Source: Azolla caroliniana (taxonomy: Eukaryota > Plantae > Polypodiophyta). Taken from it: a stretch of 64,000 nt of DNA. A program made the position numbers and the translations under genes. The stretch covers positions 10,168,001 to 10,232,000 of the forward strand of contig JBHGNT010000016.1 in NCBI GenBank assembly GCA_043228905.1. The letters run 5' to 3'. The notes beneath the pieces are model-generated. The model made no database searches and was not told the DNA's origin. It saw nothing but the letters and a program-made list of their open reading frames with translations. Below are positions 36,988-50,353 of the stretch, piece by piece (positions within the stretch are counted from its first letter, which is position 1; each line of letters starts with the position of its first letter).

Positions 36988-38293
36988 GGCTCGGCACCGT
37001 CCGGCACTCTCCAGCCGCTCCAGGCACTGTCCAGCTATTTCGATCGATTTCCGACCCTTCATGCCACTCTTTCTGCTGTCTGGCCCATCTGGCCATGTCT
37101 GTCCAGTCCATCTCCAGATGTCTCTATCGCCGGCCTTGTTGGCCCTATTCGGCCATCTGTTTTGGCCGAGGTTCGTCGCTTGGCCGCTTTGTTCAATCGT
37201 CATCCAGTTGTCATTCGGTTGTTAATGTCTGACAGTTGTCTCTCCATCCGTCGTTTTCGGTGTCATTGTTGTTGTTTCAGCCGTCTACTCCGGCGGGCTT
37301 TCCGGATGTCGTCCAGCCATTACGACTGCTTCGGTGCTAACCAACTCTGGTTCTGGTTCTAACTCTCTCCGCGTTACTTCTTCTGGACACTGTGAATACT
37401 TCCGATTCAGGTCCCGTGCATTCTCAGCACATCGTGCCAGCCTCCACTCCACACACTGTGTCTTCCTCCGCAGTCTCCTGGTGGGCGTCTCTATTCGGTC
37501 GTGCTGGCACTAGCTACCTTCTATCCGGAGTTTCTATGTCGGTTCCTCTACACACGCATGTTGTCGTTAACCGCACACTCGTACATACGTCATTGCTATT
37601 CTCGCACTCTTGTTGATTCCATTTCGGCTTCTCTTGTACAAACTTCCTCTCGCACAACATCATCGTGTTGCATTCCTCGACGGCTTCCAATCACCATCAC
37701 CATTTCTCGCACATCATCAATTTGATTTCTTGCACATTTCGTTGTTGCCATGGCTTTGACGTGTATTAGTCTTCGACTTCGTCTCCAAAGGGGGATCGCC
37801 TTAGTGGTCGCCAAAATGTGTTAATGGTTTTCGGTTAGGGTTAATATATTATTATGATGATTATTGATGATGATGATAGACATGGCGTAATGGTGGAGAT
37901 GATGAATGGTATGATGGTGAGGGAGATCATGAAGAACAAGGCAACCATTGAGGGGTGGGGGGTGGTGCCTAGAATGGCTCCACTCCCCTCCCAAGGGGGT
38001 TCAACGTTAAGGGGGGGAGAGAGAGAAAGAAATGATAAGAGAGATTTAGAGAGAAATTATCCTTTTTCATTCATTCCCCATAAGGGGTTAAATAGGTACA
38101 AAAGGGTAGATCCACAAGGGTGCAAGCCCCCTTGGCATTCACACCTAGCCACTCACTCACACCTCTTTGTATCTACCACACTCACACTTACATTCACACT
38201 CATAATCATATAACATTACACATACATATCAACACATTACATCTTTCACCCTCACTTATCACACTTATCAATCACCCGTATATCTCGTACGGT

Positions 38294-38297
<4 letters not shown>
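36988..38297 (-). mobile_element. Element L: truncated non-coding relative of F with LTR 37819-38297
   Basis: LTR terminus CACCCGTATATCTCGTACGGTAAAA matches the F terminus, PBS TGGCGACCACT at 37803-37813, and 37055-37220 is homologous to 29690-29860. Confidence 0.7.
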
Positions 38298-38358
<61 letters not shown>

Positions 38359-38689
38359 ATGTGCACATACACAAACACACACACACACATTCTTTACATG
38401 GTATCAAAGCACGTGGTAGCTTGATCCACGCCCATCGTCTTTACGTGTGTTGTGCTCAAGCTCGTAGAGAACCGATTGATCGTTGTAGCAACGATTTCTG
38501 CACAACTCACAACAAGAGTAGAAGAAGTTCAACAATGAACACCTAGATGGGAATCTCTCTTCCCACCGAGAAGCTCGATAGAACAAACTTCACATCTTGG
38601 GAGTACAAGATGCATCAGTACCTTGTCGGACAAGGTTAGTGGAGCTACGTCAAGGGAGCTCACAAAATGCAACCCAACTTGACACACGT

Positions 38690-41600
38690 TGTCGTGAAGA
38701 TTTTCGGAAATGGTGTGAAAATTACATAAAACTATAAAAGGATGGAGGTCTTGAAGAGCTTTAAGATGCACTTTACTACATAAGAAACGGACATCTAAGT
38801 GATAACTTAGTGACGGATCTTCACGACATAATTAAGTGGTGAACCCGACGTGAAAGAGGCGGCAGGAAGGATCAACCGAAACTTGGAGATGGCATCCTCA
38901 AGCAACCAAGCGGGAGAGTTCAAAAGGATGATGATAATCGTTGAACAAATGATGAGATCTCGAGACAACGATGCGAGCGTGGAGAAGGCCGTCGACCGTG
39001 TCGTGGAGCTCGAGGGTCAATTTGATGGAAGGAACATTACGAAGTTCCTTGACGCATACAAAAGGGAGATGAATCAAAGAGACGTGTTTGAAGCACGGCA
39101 AATCACGAGTTTCAAGAGGGTGGTTGCCAACAACATCCAAAGACACGTCGTCAAGCTTCAAGAAGGTAAGACAACATGGTCCGAGTTTGAGAAAGCGATA
39201 TTGGTGGAGTTCGTGACTGAAGACTCAACGAGGATGACTCGACATGCCCTGATGAAGTGGATAGAGAAGAAGAATAAGAAGATGAGCGTCTCGAGGGTGT
39301 ATGACGAATTCGACCAGATGTTTAGTCGTCTCCCCAACACGGACTAAGTGCTGCTTGAAGAGGACAAGACTTTGTACTTCTTGAAAGCTGAGGACATGAA
39401 GGATAGACGAGAATTGGGGACTCTCCTCGAAGATGATATCCAAGCGAACGGGCTTGTGGCGGACTGGGTTGCAGTAAAGCGAACATGCAATAGGCTCGAC
39501 AAGCGTCATCAGTGGGTTGATGACACCGGCACCGACTTGGCAAGATCAACTGTTGCGGAGAAAACAAGACAACCGAAAGTAGTTGAGCCACCCAAACAAA
39601 GTAGCCCGGAAGAAAAGAAGATTGATGATGACATCATCGAAGAGCTAACGAAGAAGTTCGAGAAGGTCACGCTAGCCAACATGAATCGTCGGGGGCCCAA
39701 AGGAAAAGAACCCTTTAGATGCATGTGGTGCGATAGCATGGACCACCTGAGAAGGGATTGCGCAAGCCTTCGAGAGGCGATCCAACAAAATATAGTATAC
39801 ATAGAGGAAAACATGATCTGCTCGATTGAAACTCGAAGACCCCTACGGGTGAATTTCGGAAGAGGGGGAATGAAGAAATCTATGGAAGATGTTGAGGCGA
39901 CTCATGTGGATGCGATGCACTATGCTGCAACGGCCAGAATAAGAGCCGGGAAAGACAAAAATCAAGCTGCGAAAGTGGGAGCAAAGTTTTGGTCTTCCGT
40001 TCTCGAGTATGAGAAGATGGGGAAGGTCACATCGAATGAGGTGGAGCTTGCGGACCGAAGCGTGCAAAGTATAACCGGGTGGTCGGATCTGGTAGATGAC
40101 AACACTATACTCGCGGAAGTTATGTGCGACAACCACGAGGTGTTCGTCGAAGAAAAGAGAAAAAGAATAGAAGAGCAAGGCCCATCAAAAAGACATGAAA
40201 CAAGGAACGCAATAAAGAAAGAAGATGCAGAGATGAGTCGACCCTTGCAAATGGAGGAAGGAGACGCAAGCCGAAAATCGGAGTCGAGCAAACGAGTCGA
40301 AGAAACAGTTCGGCCCGTGAAGATTGGTGTGGAAGACCCCGCTCGGACAACAAGGGCTATGCCTACCTATAAGCTAAGGTCAAACATAGAGCAGACAACG
40401 GACCTAAAGAAGATTCTCGAAGAACGTGTTCTTGATAGCCATGTGACTTTGTCCTTGAGGGAATTGCTTGGCATTACGAAGAAGGAGTTCCATGACACGA
40501 TCGTGGACCTTGTAAAGAGAAAAAGACAACAATCTAACAAGGAAGAAGAGAAGCCGCAAAAAGAAATAACGAATGCCATAACGATGGTGAAGATCGGGGA
40601 GAAGAAAGATATTGTGGTAGCCTTGATCGACCACAGCTCGGAGATCAACCTCATGTCAACCGACTTCTACAAAAAAGGAAGATAGCCATTCAATACAAAT
40701 CACGGATGGAAGATTTGCATGGCAACAAAGACTACGGAGGACTTGTACAGAGCTTGTCCCAATGTTAAAGTCACGATCGGGGATGTGGAGATGGATCAAC
40801 ACTTCTTCGTGCAAGAATCAACGTCACATTTTATCATCCTAGGACAACCGTATATCACATCATCTCGGATGGAGAACAAAGTGTTCGATAATGGAGCAGC
40901 CTTCGCATGAATAAAGAGTCTTGACAACCAAAGATCGGTCCAATTCCTAACGGTGCGAGCCAATCATGAAAGGAATGGAGATAGTCTTGGAGGCGAATCC
41001 TCGGATTTTTAGAGCAGACTATTGAAGCACGAGGCACAAATAGTACGAGCAATCACAAGTCCCCACAAGAAAGTAGAGCGCGTGGATTGCGAGGGGAAGC
41101 AACATGTGTCACACCTAGTGGCGCATGTAAACTAGTACTACTCGACAAGAAGGACAAGCATCGGATACAAAACTTCGAGAAGATGCTGAAAGAAGAAAAT
41201 ATAATGGAAGAAGAAGAGTTTGTGATTCATATTATGGAAGAAGACTCATTTAATGACACCATCGGCGAAATCGAGGATGTCGTGAACTTGAGCTATCTTC
41301 ACGATCATCACCCGATCCGCCGATGGATTATAGTTTCTCAACGTTTTTCCCAAACGAATTCCATGGCTACTGCATGAAGATAGAAACGAATCTCTCATTT
41401 CATGAGGGGACGAACTCAACCCCGACAGTAATCTCTTCAGATCCAAAAAAGGAAAAATCCTATCTGAACGAGTTGATGATGATGTCGCAGGTTTGTGATT
41501 TCGGTTAGCTCCATGAACATGTACGTTATCATCGATGAATATCATCGAAGCATCTTGATGAAGGAAGCTAACGTCAACACAAAATATAAAACGGTGGATA

Positions 41601-44600
41601 AGAAGGTCAAGCCAGTTGCAGTTCCGCTACCGGAAGATAGCTGGCAAAAGATGAAGGAAGTCGCTAACGATCCAAGGTTAAGAGATCCGAAGACCATAGG
41701 TCACGTCTTCACCAAAGAGATGAAGGGAAAGCTATGAGTTGGAAGGGAGGATTTCCTTCTCCCTGAAGAGGAGCGAAAGTTTCGCGACATGCTTGAGAGA
41801 CATGGGAAGGCTTTCGCATTTTTCCGACAAGAAATTGGATGTGCTGATCCAAGGGCGATAGAGCCGATGGTGATCTTCACGGTGCCACACGTACCTTGGA
41901 ATTTGAAACCGATACTAGTTCGAAGAGCACACCTACCGAAGTTGATCGAGCTCTTAAAGGAGAAGGTGAATATGGGAATTCTGGAACCGTCGAATGCTCC
42001 TTATTCCAATAGGTGGTTCATGGTGCCGAAGAAGAATGGATCATTACAATTCATCCAAGATCTTCAACCCGTCAAAAAGGTGACAATTCAAAATGCCGGA
42101 ATTGGTCCGAGCGTGGACGAATTTGCCGAGGCTTTTGCGGGCCGGTCCATCTACTCCATTGGCGATCCCTACTCCGGATATGACCAATTCCAATTGGCGA
42201 TCGACAATTGGGACATTACAACCATGAGGACTCCGATCGGGCTTGTGCGGATGTGTACCTTACCCCAAGGCACAACGAACTCGGTGTCTCATATGGTGAA
42301 TGCCATGAATAAAGTCTTGAAGGATTGCATCCCGGACATCACGATGCTATTCTTGGATGATATTCCGATAAAAGGATGTTCGGATGAGGAGAAAGATGAA
42401 TCAAAAGATAAGAAAGGGTGTAGAAAGCTCGTCGTGAATCATATGAAAGATTGCGAGAAGGCGCTTCAAAAGCTCGAAGATGCGAATTTGACATTTTCGG
42501 GAGAAAAATCCGCATTCGGGCAACCAGAGATCTTGGTGGTAGGTCATTTGTGTGCAGCATACGGCCGGAAGCCTTCGCCATCCAAAGTGAACGCAATCCA
42601 AGACATGAAAGAAGAATGTGAAAACCAAACGGAGGTTCGAAGGTTCCTTGGAGCATGCGCGTTTTATCATATCTGGATTCCTCACTACGCTCATGTCGCC
42701 GAACCGTTATATGGAGTACTAAAGAAAAGAATGTAGTTCGAATGGCAAAGTGAGCATACAAACTACTTCTTGAAGCTCCAACACTAAGAAAGGCCAACTA
42801 TACCGAAAGGAAGTCGATTTATGCGACTGTAGATATGAGCCCAACCAGAATCGGGTGGGTCATCAACCAAGAAGGAGAAGATAATGCGCGATATGCCATC
42901 CGGTTCGGAGCAAAGGTTCTCAACGAATGGCAACAAAAATACGCCCAAGTCAAGCGGGAACTTTGGGGTATTGTGTCGGCAGTGAAGACAGACAAAGATT
43001 ACCTGATCGGGACGAAAGTGATAATAGAGACAGATTGTCTCCCAATCCTCAGAATGATCTCGGGATGTGCGACCCTAGATCTAGCTATGCTAAGGTGGAT
43101 CGCCTATATCAAGTCTTTAAAACTAGAGATCCGTCACATTGCAGGGAAGAAGAACGCCATTGTTGATATGTTGTCAAGGGCAAGATTTGAAAGTGAAAGT
43201 GACATGGTTTCGGAAGATGAAGACGTCACCCTCGACTTCTTCAAGATGACTCGATTATCGGCGGAAGACAAGGACACACTAACCCTCCACGCCTTCAACG
43301 AGGACGAGTACAAAGGAGAGTGGTTACTGATCGGCAGATTCTTAAGAACCATGACGACGAATGCTTTGTTGACAAAGGAGGAGGCTCTACGAATCCGGAA
43401 GAAAGCTTATCGATACTTCTTGAAGGGAGGCTTCCTTTGGCGACACCCAAAAAGAAGGACATTAATAACACGCCGAGTGGTGGTGAAGAAAGAAGAGCAA
43501 GTGACGTTGATGACCGAACTCCACGAGAGTGCTAGGGCAGGTCATAGAGGAACATGGGCGATGTTCGAAAAGTTGAAGGAAAAGTACTGGTGGCCAAGCA
43601 TGTACAAAGATGTACTCCATTTCGTGTCCACATGTGAAACTTGTCAAGTACATTCCAACATACGTCATCATGATGAGCTTTGACCGACATACCCGCTCAC
43701 CATACACTTCACATGGATGGTTGATCTGGTCTTGATGCCAATGGGAGTGGGACAAATGAAGTACTTAGTGCTGGCAAGAGAAGACTTGACAAATCAAGTG
43801 GAAGCGTGGGCCTTGACAAATAAGACGACGTCAGCTGTTTGCAAATTTCTACTTGAAGAGGTTGTCTGCCGATACGGATGTGTGGGGAAGATAGTCGTCG
43901 ATCGAGGGGAGTTGGACGCACACGAAGCAACGGAGCTTTTCGAATGACTAGGCGTGAAGCTCTCCCTCACGACTGCCTCCAATCCAGAAGCGAATGGGAA
44001 GATCGAGTGAGGGCATGGACCCATCGTCAAAGCCATCGTACAAGAATGCAACGGTTGAGTTGCGAATTGGCCACGACTATTGCCCTATGCCTTGTGGGCT
44101 GACAGAACGACACACAGCTCGGTGACAAGGTATATGCCAACGGAGCTTATGTATGGACAAAAGCCGGTGATGCCCATCGAAAGGGCGATCGCCTCATGGG
44201 TAGCAATACCATGGAAGAATGAGATGAGCCGAGAAGAATTATTAGCGGCACGGATAAGGCAACTTGAAAGGAGACCTGAAGATCTAGAACATGCGTGAAA
44301 AATGATGGAGGCAGCCCGAGTGAAGAACAAAATTCAGTTCGACTAGACGCTTCGATTACGTCCTAAGAGGATCGAAGAAGGAGATTGGGTATTGTTCTAC
44401 GACAACAGCCTTGACAATCAACACAGTACAACAAGAAGGTTTGCAAGAAGATGGTTCAGACCATATGTGGTGATAAGTGCCAACGACAATGCCACATACC
44501 ACCTTGCGGAGCTAGATGGATCAAGGTTGGCCATACCCATTGCGGGAAAAAGAGTAAAGGTTTTCAAGAAAAGACAAGATGAGGATCCAAACCTCGATCA

Positions 44601-45784
44601 CCTTGACGATGAAAATAGTACGACGGATGTGAATGAAGACATGGAGGAATCTGATTGATCACCATAGCCGAAATCTCACACTCTCTCTTCTTGGCACGTA
44701 CTAGAGGACGTGCAGTTTGGTGGGGGTGGATGTCGTGAAGATTTTCGGCAATGGTGTGAAAATCACATAAAACTATAAAAGGATGGAGGTCTTGAAGAGC
44801 TTTCGGGTGCAAAAGAAAAAAAAAAAGGAAAAAAACAATTGTGAAATATCCCACATAGATAGGAAAGTTAAGGCCTTGGCTATATAAGCACATTGAGATC
44901 CCTTATTTTTTCATTTGTGCTAACAGCACTTTGGCCACTTTGTCTAGATAGATGAATATGGCCAAATTCCCAAAACCGATGGGCAATAAAATGGAACCGG
45001 TCAGTAATGAAACCGGAATCGGCCAAAAATCAATTCATAATCGGTTGATAAACTTAAAACCAAATCGGAACCGGCCAGTAAGCAAATCGGGACCGGCCGG
45101 AAAGCAAACCGGGTCTAGTCGGTAAGCAATCTGGAACTGGCCGGTAAGCAAATCGGAACCGGTTGGTCGACGGCAGAGGCGTCAACTGGCGGCGGAGCCG
45201 GTGGGATCCGGCCAACCGACGGTAACCGGTGTCATCCGACATCCGGCAACCGGATAGATATATAAATAAATAAATAAATATATGTATACACAAGGAGTGC
45301 AAGTGTAGATTTGAACCTTGCACCTCCAAGTTAAGAATCTATAGGCTTACCACTAAGCCAAGACATTTTCATGAAATAATATTTTTATCATTATAGTTTT
45401 ACATGTAAATTCTCATACATGAGACCTAAAATGAGTGTCGTGGTTATCATGCACCACATGTAATACATGAGCGCCAAATGGCAAACATGCATTTTATGCA
45501 TGTATTGTACCCTCAAATGCATGAGAGAATCTATAAAAGAGGGGAAGAAAAGGGTGAAAGGAGGAATGTAAAAATTTTGGATGATCAAATAAGAAACTTG
45601 TAATCCAATTGATGATATATCTTATTCTTCAAATTTAAAGTTAAGAGTTCAATCTCAATCTCTCTCTCTTTCAATCTATCTTAAATACTTTCTCGCTAAA
45701 GCTTGTGCAACTTCGAATCCTTCCGGTCCAGAACCCCGACGGTTCCGCCTCACGATCCGCGCATAGTGACGGATCTTCACGACA
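38690..45784 (+). mobile_element. Element G: tRNA-Trp-primed gypsy (E family); internally deleted 5' LTR 38690-38828, 3' LTR 44731-45784
   Basis: TGTCGTGAAGAT...ATCTTCACGACA termini, PBS 38837-38854, PPT about 44716-44730, gag-PR-RT-RH-INT highly similar to E. 4-bp TSD ACGT/ACGC within H gag. Confidence 0.93.
45293..45362 (-). promoter_or_regulatory. Diverged third copy of the tRNA-derived A/B-box module (G 3' LTR)
   Basis: Reverse complement reads TGGCTTAGTGGTAAGC...GGAGGTGCAAGGTTCAAATC. Confidence 0.7.
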
Positions 45785-48700
45785 ACGCCGACTACCTAGC
45801 ATGGGTGCAGGCCGCGAGCCATGTGTTGTACTGCCTTATGTCGTGCATTCATGACCACATGCTTGGCTATATTCGAGATTCGAAAACGCCGAAAGAAGCT
45901 TGGGGAAATCTCAAGAAGATCTTTGCGGCCAATACAGCTGCACGAAAGCTCCAACTTCGAAAGGAGTTAAACAACGTGCAACTATACCTTGAAGATGAAG
46001 GAGTTGAGAGATGCCCTCGGATCGATTAATGTCATCATCAACGATGAAGAAATGGTGCAAATATGCCTTGGCGGCTTGGAACCTCGATTCGGCACGATCA
46101 TATTGGTCATTCTTGTTAGGGAGAACCCTCCCTCCTTTTTCAACCTTCAAGGTTCGATTAATGTCATCATCAACGATGAAGAAAGTGTGCAAATATGCCT
46201 CGGTGGCTTGGCAACTCAATTCGGCACAATGAGATCGGCCATTCTTGCGAGGGAGAACCATCGTTCCTTTTTTGACCTTCAATCGATTCTATTGGTTGAA
46301 GAGAATCATGTTCGATAAAGGAACAATGTGCCTAATGGTCAGATGCTCTACTCACAATTGGATGTTAGAAGAGGATTCGACCATGGAAATAGAGGTCCAT
46401 TCGAACGAGGTCGACACAGTCAGTTGACCCAAGAGCATAACCTGCACCAGTGGCAAGAGGACAAAAATAGTCCCAGAGAGTTCGGCAGAATGGGGAGCCA
46501 CCCCGGTGGACCGAGCAATCATAACAACCCGATCGAATGCAGGTACTGTGGAAAAGAAGGCCACTATGAAGAGGAGTGTCGGAAAAAGATACGAGACTCA
46601 GCTTCGACTAGCCGACAACTCATAAACTACGCTTTGAATTCTGACTACGACGATCGTGGTGGGATGTTTGTAATGAGGCATGAAGCACACTCGATGTCAG
46701 CATAGGCACCTTTTCTTCAGATAGCACATGGTTCGTCGACTCGAGAGCATCCAATCACATGACGTCCCATGAAGATTGGTTCCAAGAATTACGAAAGCCT
46801 GATCGACCCGGCTTTGTCGAAACTGGAGATGATACGACTCACCCAATTTGGCATGTCTTGATGTTCCATTCGGAAATGACATATTAAAGAAACCTACCTC
46901 AAGAATGTCTTGCATGTCCCAACCATCACAAACAACCTGGTCTCCATTGGCCAAATTGTCAAACAAGGTATGCAAGTACGATTCAACAATGAAGGTGCTT
47001 CATCGAAAAAGACAATAAAATTATAGCGCATTGTCGCCGAGAAGGCTAAATGTTCATCCTCGAATCAAAGGAGTTAAAATCGGCCATGTTTGCAAAAGGC
47101 CTCAAAGTTGAGACAGACTTGGAACTATGGCACAAGAGAATCGGCCACATCAATCTTCAAAATATGATAAAGATGCAGTCAAAAGGAGTTGTAATCGGAC
47201 TCCCGACATTCACTAAGAAGGAGATTACAAGCGTATGTGAGGCATGCCAGTTTGGAAAACAACGCCGATATCCATTCCCACAAGAGAGGAATGTGAGCAA
47301 AGGGATCATGGATGTAGTACATTCAGATGTGTGGGGACCAGCCCCGACGACAACATTCTGTGGTTGCCAATATTATGTCACGTTCATCGACGACTTCTCC
47401 AGGCATACTTGGCTCTACCCAATGAAACAGAAGACTGAAGTGTTCGGTCACCTTCAAAGTTTCAAAAACGAAGTTGAAAAGCCACGAGTCGGCACGTACG
47501 CTGCCTTCGATCGGATGGAGGCAAAGAATATTTCTCAGACAAGTTTATGGCATATCTCCAAAAGGAGGGAATACGATGAGAATTCTCGTGTCGAGATACA
47601 CCTCAGCAAATGGTGTAGCCGAATGGAAGAATCGGCACATAATAGAGGTTGCACGAACAATGATGAATGAGAAGAACCTACCAAAATCGTACTAGGCAAA
47701 AGCGGTGAACACGGCCGTATATCTCATGAATAGGTGTACAACCTCTAGGGTACACAACGTAACCCCTCATGAGAGATTTTTTGGAAAGAAGCCGAATTTA
47801 TCACATGTCCGGATTTTCGGCTCAATCGCCTACGTGCATATTCCCAACGAGACGTGACAAAAGCTCGACCCAAAGTCGGAGAAATGTATCCTTGTAGGGT
47901 ACTTGCTTGAACAGAAGGGATACAAATGCTACAACCCATCTATCCAAAATGATCGAGAAAGTCGAGACGTTGTTTTCGACGAGTCTGCATCCTGGTCCGA
48001 GTTCTACTCCAATTGACTCGAAATCAACCGAATGAGAGATAGAAGACGAATTTCGACTCGGACACATGTTCGAAGAAAGTCAGATTACGAAAAGGCTCAG
48101 TGAACCATGGGAGCCTCCGAGTGACCAAAGCACATCTCGGTCGAGTTCGAAACTCGACAAAGGGAAGGCCAAGATGTACGAAATGGAAGATCCAATCGAC
48201 AACACGTCAACTCACTCCCTTGATAGTGAGTTCAAAGGCCTGGATGTCCCGATCTTCCAAACGAATGGAGCGAAGAAAGCAGTAGTCTCCGCGAATGAGA
48301 AGCTACGCCTACCCATGAAAAGAATTATGTAAGCCGATTCGGCTACAATGAATACATGGCGTACCACTATGCCTTTATGATGAAGATAGTGAGTACATGA
48401 GAGCCAGAAACACTTTCCAAAGCCGTGAAGGAACCGCGATGGGTCGACGCAATGAATGAAGAAATGCAAGCCTTGTGCAAAAACGAGACCTGGTATCTTG
48501 TTCCCCATTCACCTCATAGGAAAGTATTTGGTTGTAGATGGATCTATAAGGTCAAATACAATGCCGATGACTCCATAAATCTCTTCAAAGCATGACTCGT
48601 TACAAAAGGACATGCACAAACGCATAGAGTCGATTACGATGAGACCTTTGCCCCGGTGGCAAAGATGACGACTGTGCGGATCGTAATTGCACTCGCAGCC

Positions 48701-50353
48701 GCGAAAGGGTGACATCTCCACCAAATGGATGTCACGAACGCCTTTCCTCAAGGCGAATTGGAAGAGGTGCATATGGTACAACCACCCGGCTTCAAATCGC
48801 GTACTCATCCTAAAGTCGTGTGCCGACTCAAGAAGCCAATCTACAGCCTCAAGCAAGCATCACATGCTTGGCATTCGAAGATCACTCAGTATCTTCACCA
48901 AATCGTCTTTCGAATGTCGAAATCGGACAACTCCCTATACATCCGAAACGAGCTGCACAAGGAGATTGTCATTATCCTATATGTGGATGATCTAGTAATC
49001 AGAGGAAAGGATCTCGCTGAGATCATTTAGGTCAAATCACTCCTATCCGGCATATTCGAAATGAAAGACCTGCACAAGCTCCATTACTTCCTTGGCATCA
49101 AAGTAATTCGAACACGAGTCGGGATATTGATCTCTCAACAACACTACATTATCAAATTAATCTACAAGTTCGTAATGACCAAGTGCAAACCTGTGGCTAC
49201 CCCTCTCGACCAAAATCTCAAGCTCGATGTCGATTCGGGCACAGTTGAGTGCGATTCGACTCAATATCGACAATTGATCGGCTGCCTAATTTATCTAACC
49301 ATCACACGACCCGATCTCACCTATTCAATCGGCCTACTTAGCCAATTAATGCAAAACCCACAAAATGATCATCTTGATTGCGCTAAGAAGATACTTCGGT
49401 ATGTAAGTACGACAATGGATTACAGTATCATGTATAAGTCGGATACACTTATTCGACTCGAAGGGTACACAGATGTAGACTGGGCCGGTTATAAGGACGA
49501 TAGACGATCCACTTCCAGATTTGTCTTCTCCCTCGGCAACAGAGCGATCTCCTGGAGCACCAAGAAACACCCAACAGTCACACTGTCAAGCACGAAGGCC
49601 AAATAAAGGGGCGCAACAGTCACCGCGTGCGAAGCTGTCTGGCTCAAACGCATCATGAAGGATCTGGGCATCCCCATCACAGATCCAATTTGCCTCTTCT
49701 GCGACAACATGAGCAGCATCTACCTCGCTCGGAACCCGATATTCCACGTGCGGACTAAACACATTGAAGTGCACAATCAATATATTCGCGAACACGTTCA
49801 GGTTGGTGATATCAATTTACAGCATATCAACATGAACCTTCACATTGCTGATATCTTTACGAAGGCCCTAGGTATCAACAAGTTGCGGCAATTCATGACG
49901 AACCGTGGTCTCTCATTCACTGACCAGCCGCGCATGAGGGGGAGCACAATAGCAACCGAGTAGCAACCGATGTTGAACAATAACTGATCTGTCGATCGAA
50001 GAGCAACCAATCAGTCTCAGTCCATCGAAGCCGACCACAAGAGTCGAAGTACAAACAAACAATCGAACAGCCGAACACGGAGAATCGAACAATTGAAATC
50101 GTAAGCCGTGTCGAAAACCGAAATTGAAAAGCGAAGTCAATGCTGATTCAACCAAATTGAAGTAATTCAAAGACCGAACCAAAACAACCTTTTGACATCC
50201 AAAAGTTGTGTTCGAAGGGGCCTGTTGAGAATCGAACTTAACTTCCCATAGAGACAATGTTCACACTAGCCAGTGGACATCATACTATGCTAGATTTGTA
50301 ATTAGTAGAAAGCGCACTTGCCCTAAATCAGTTGGTATTTTAACCAACCTCTT

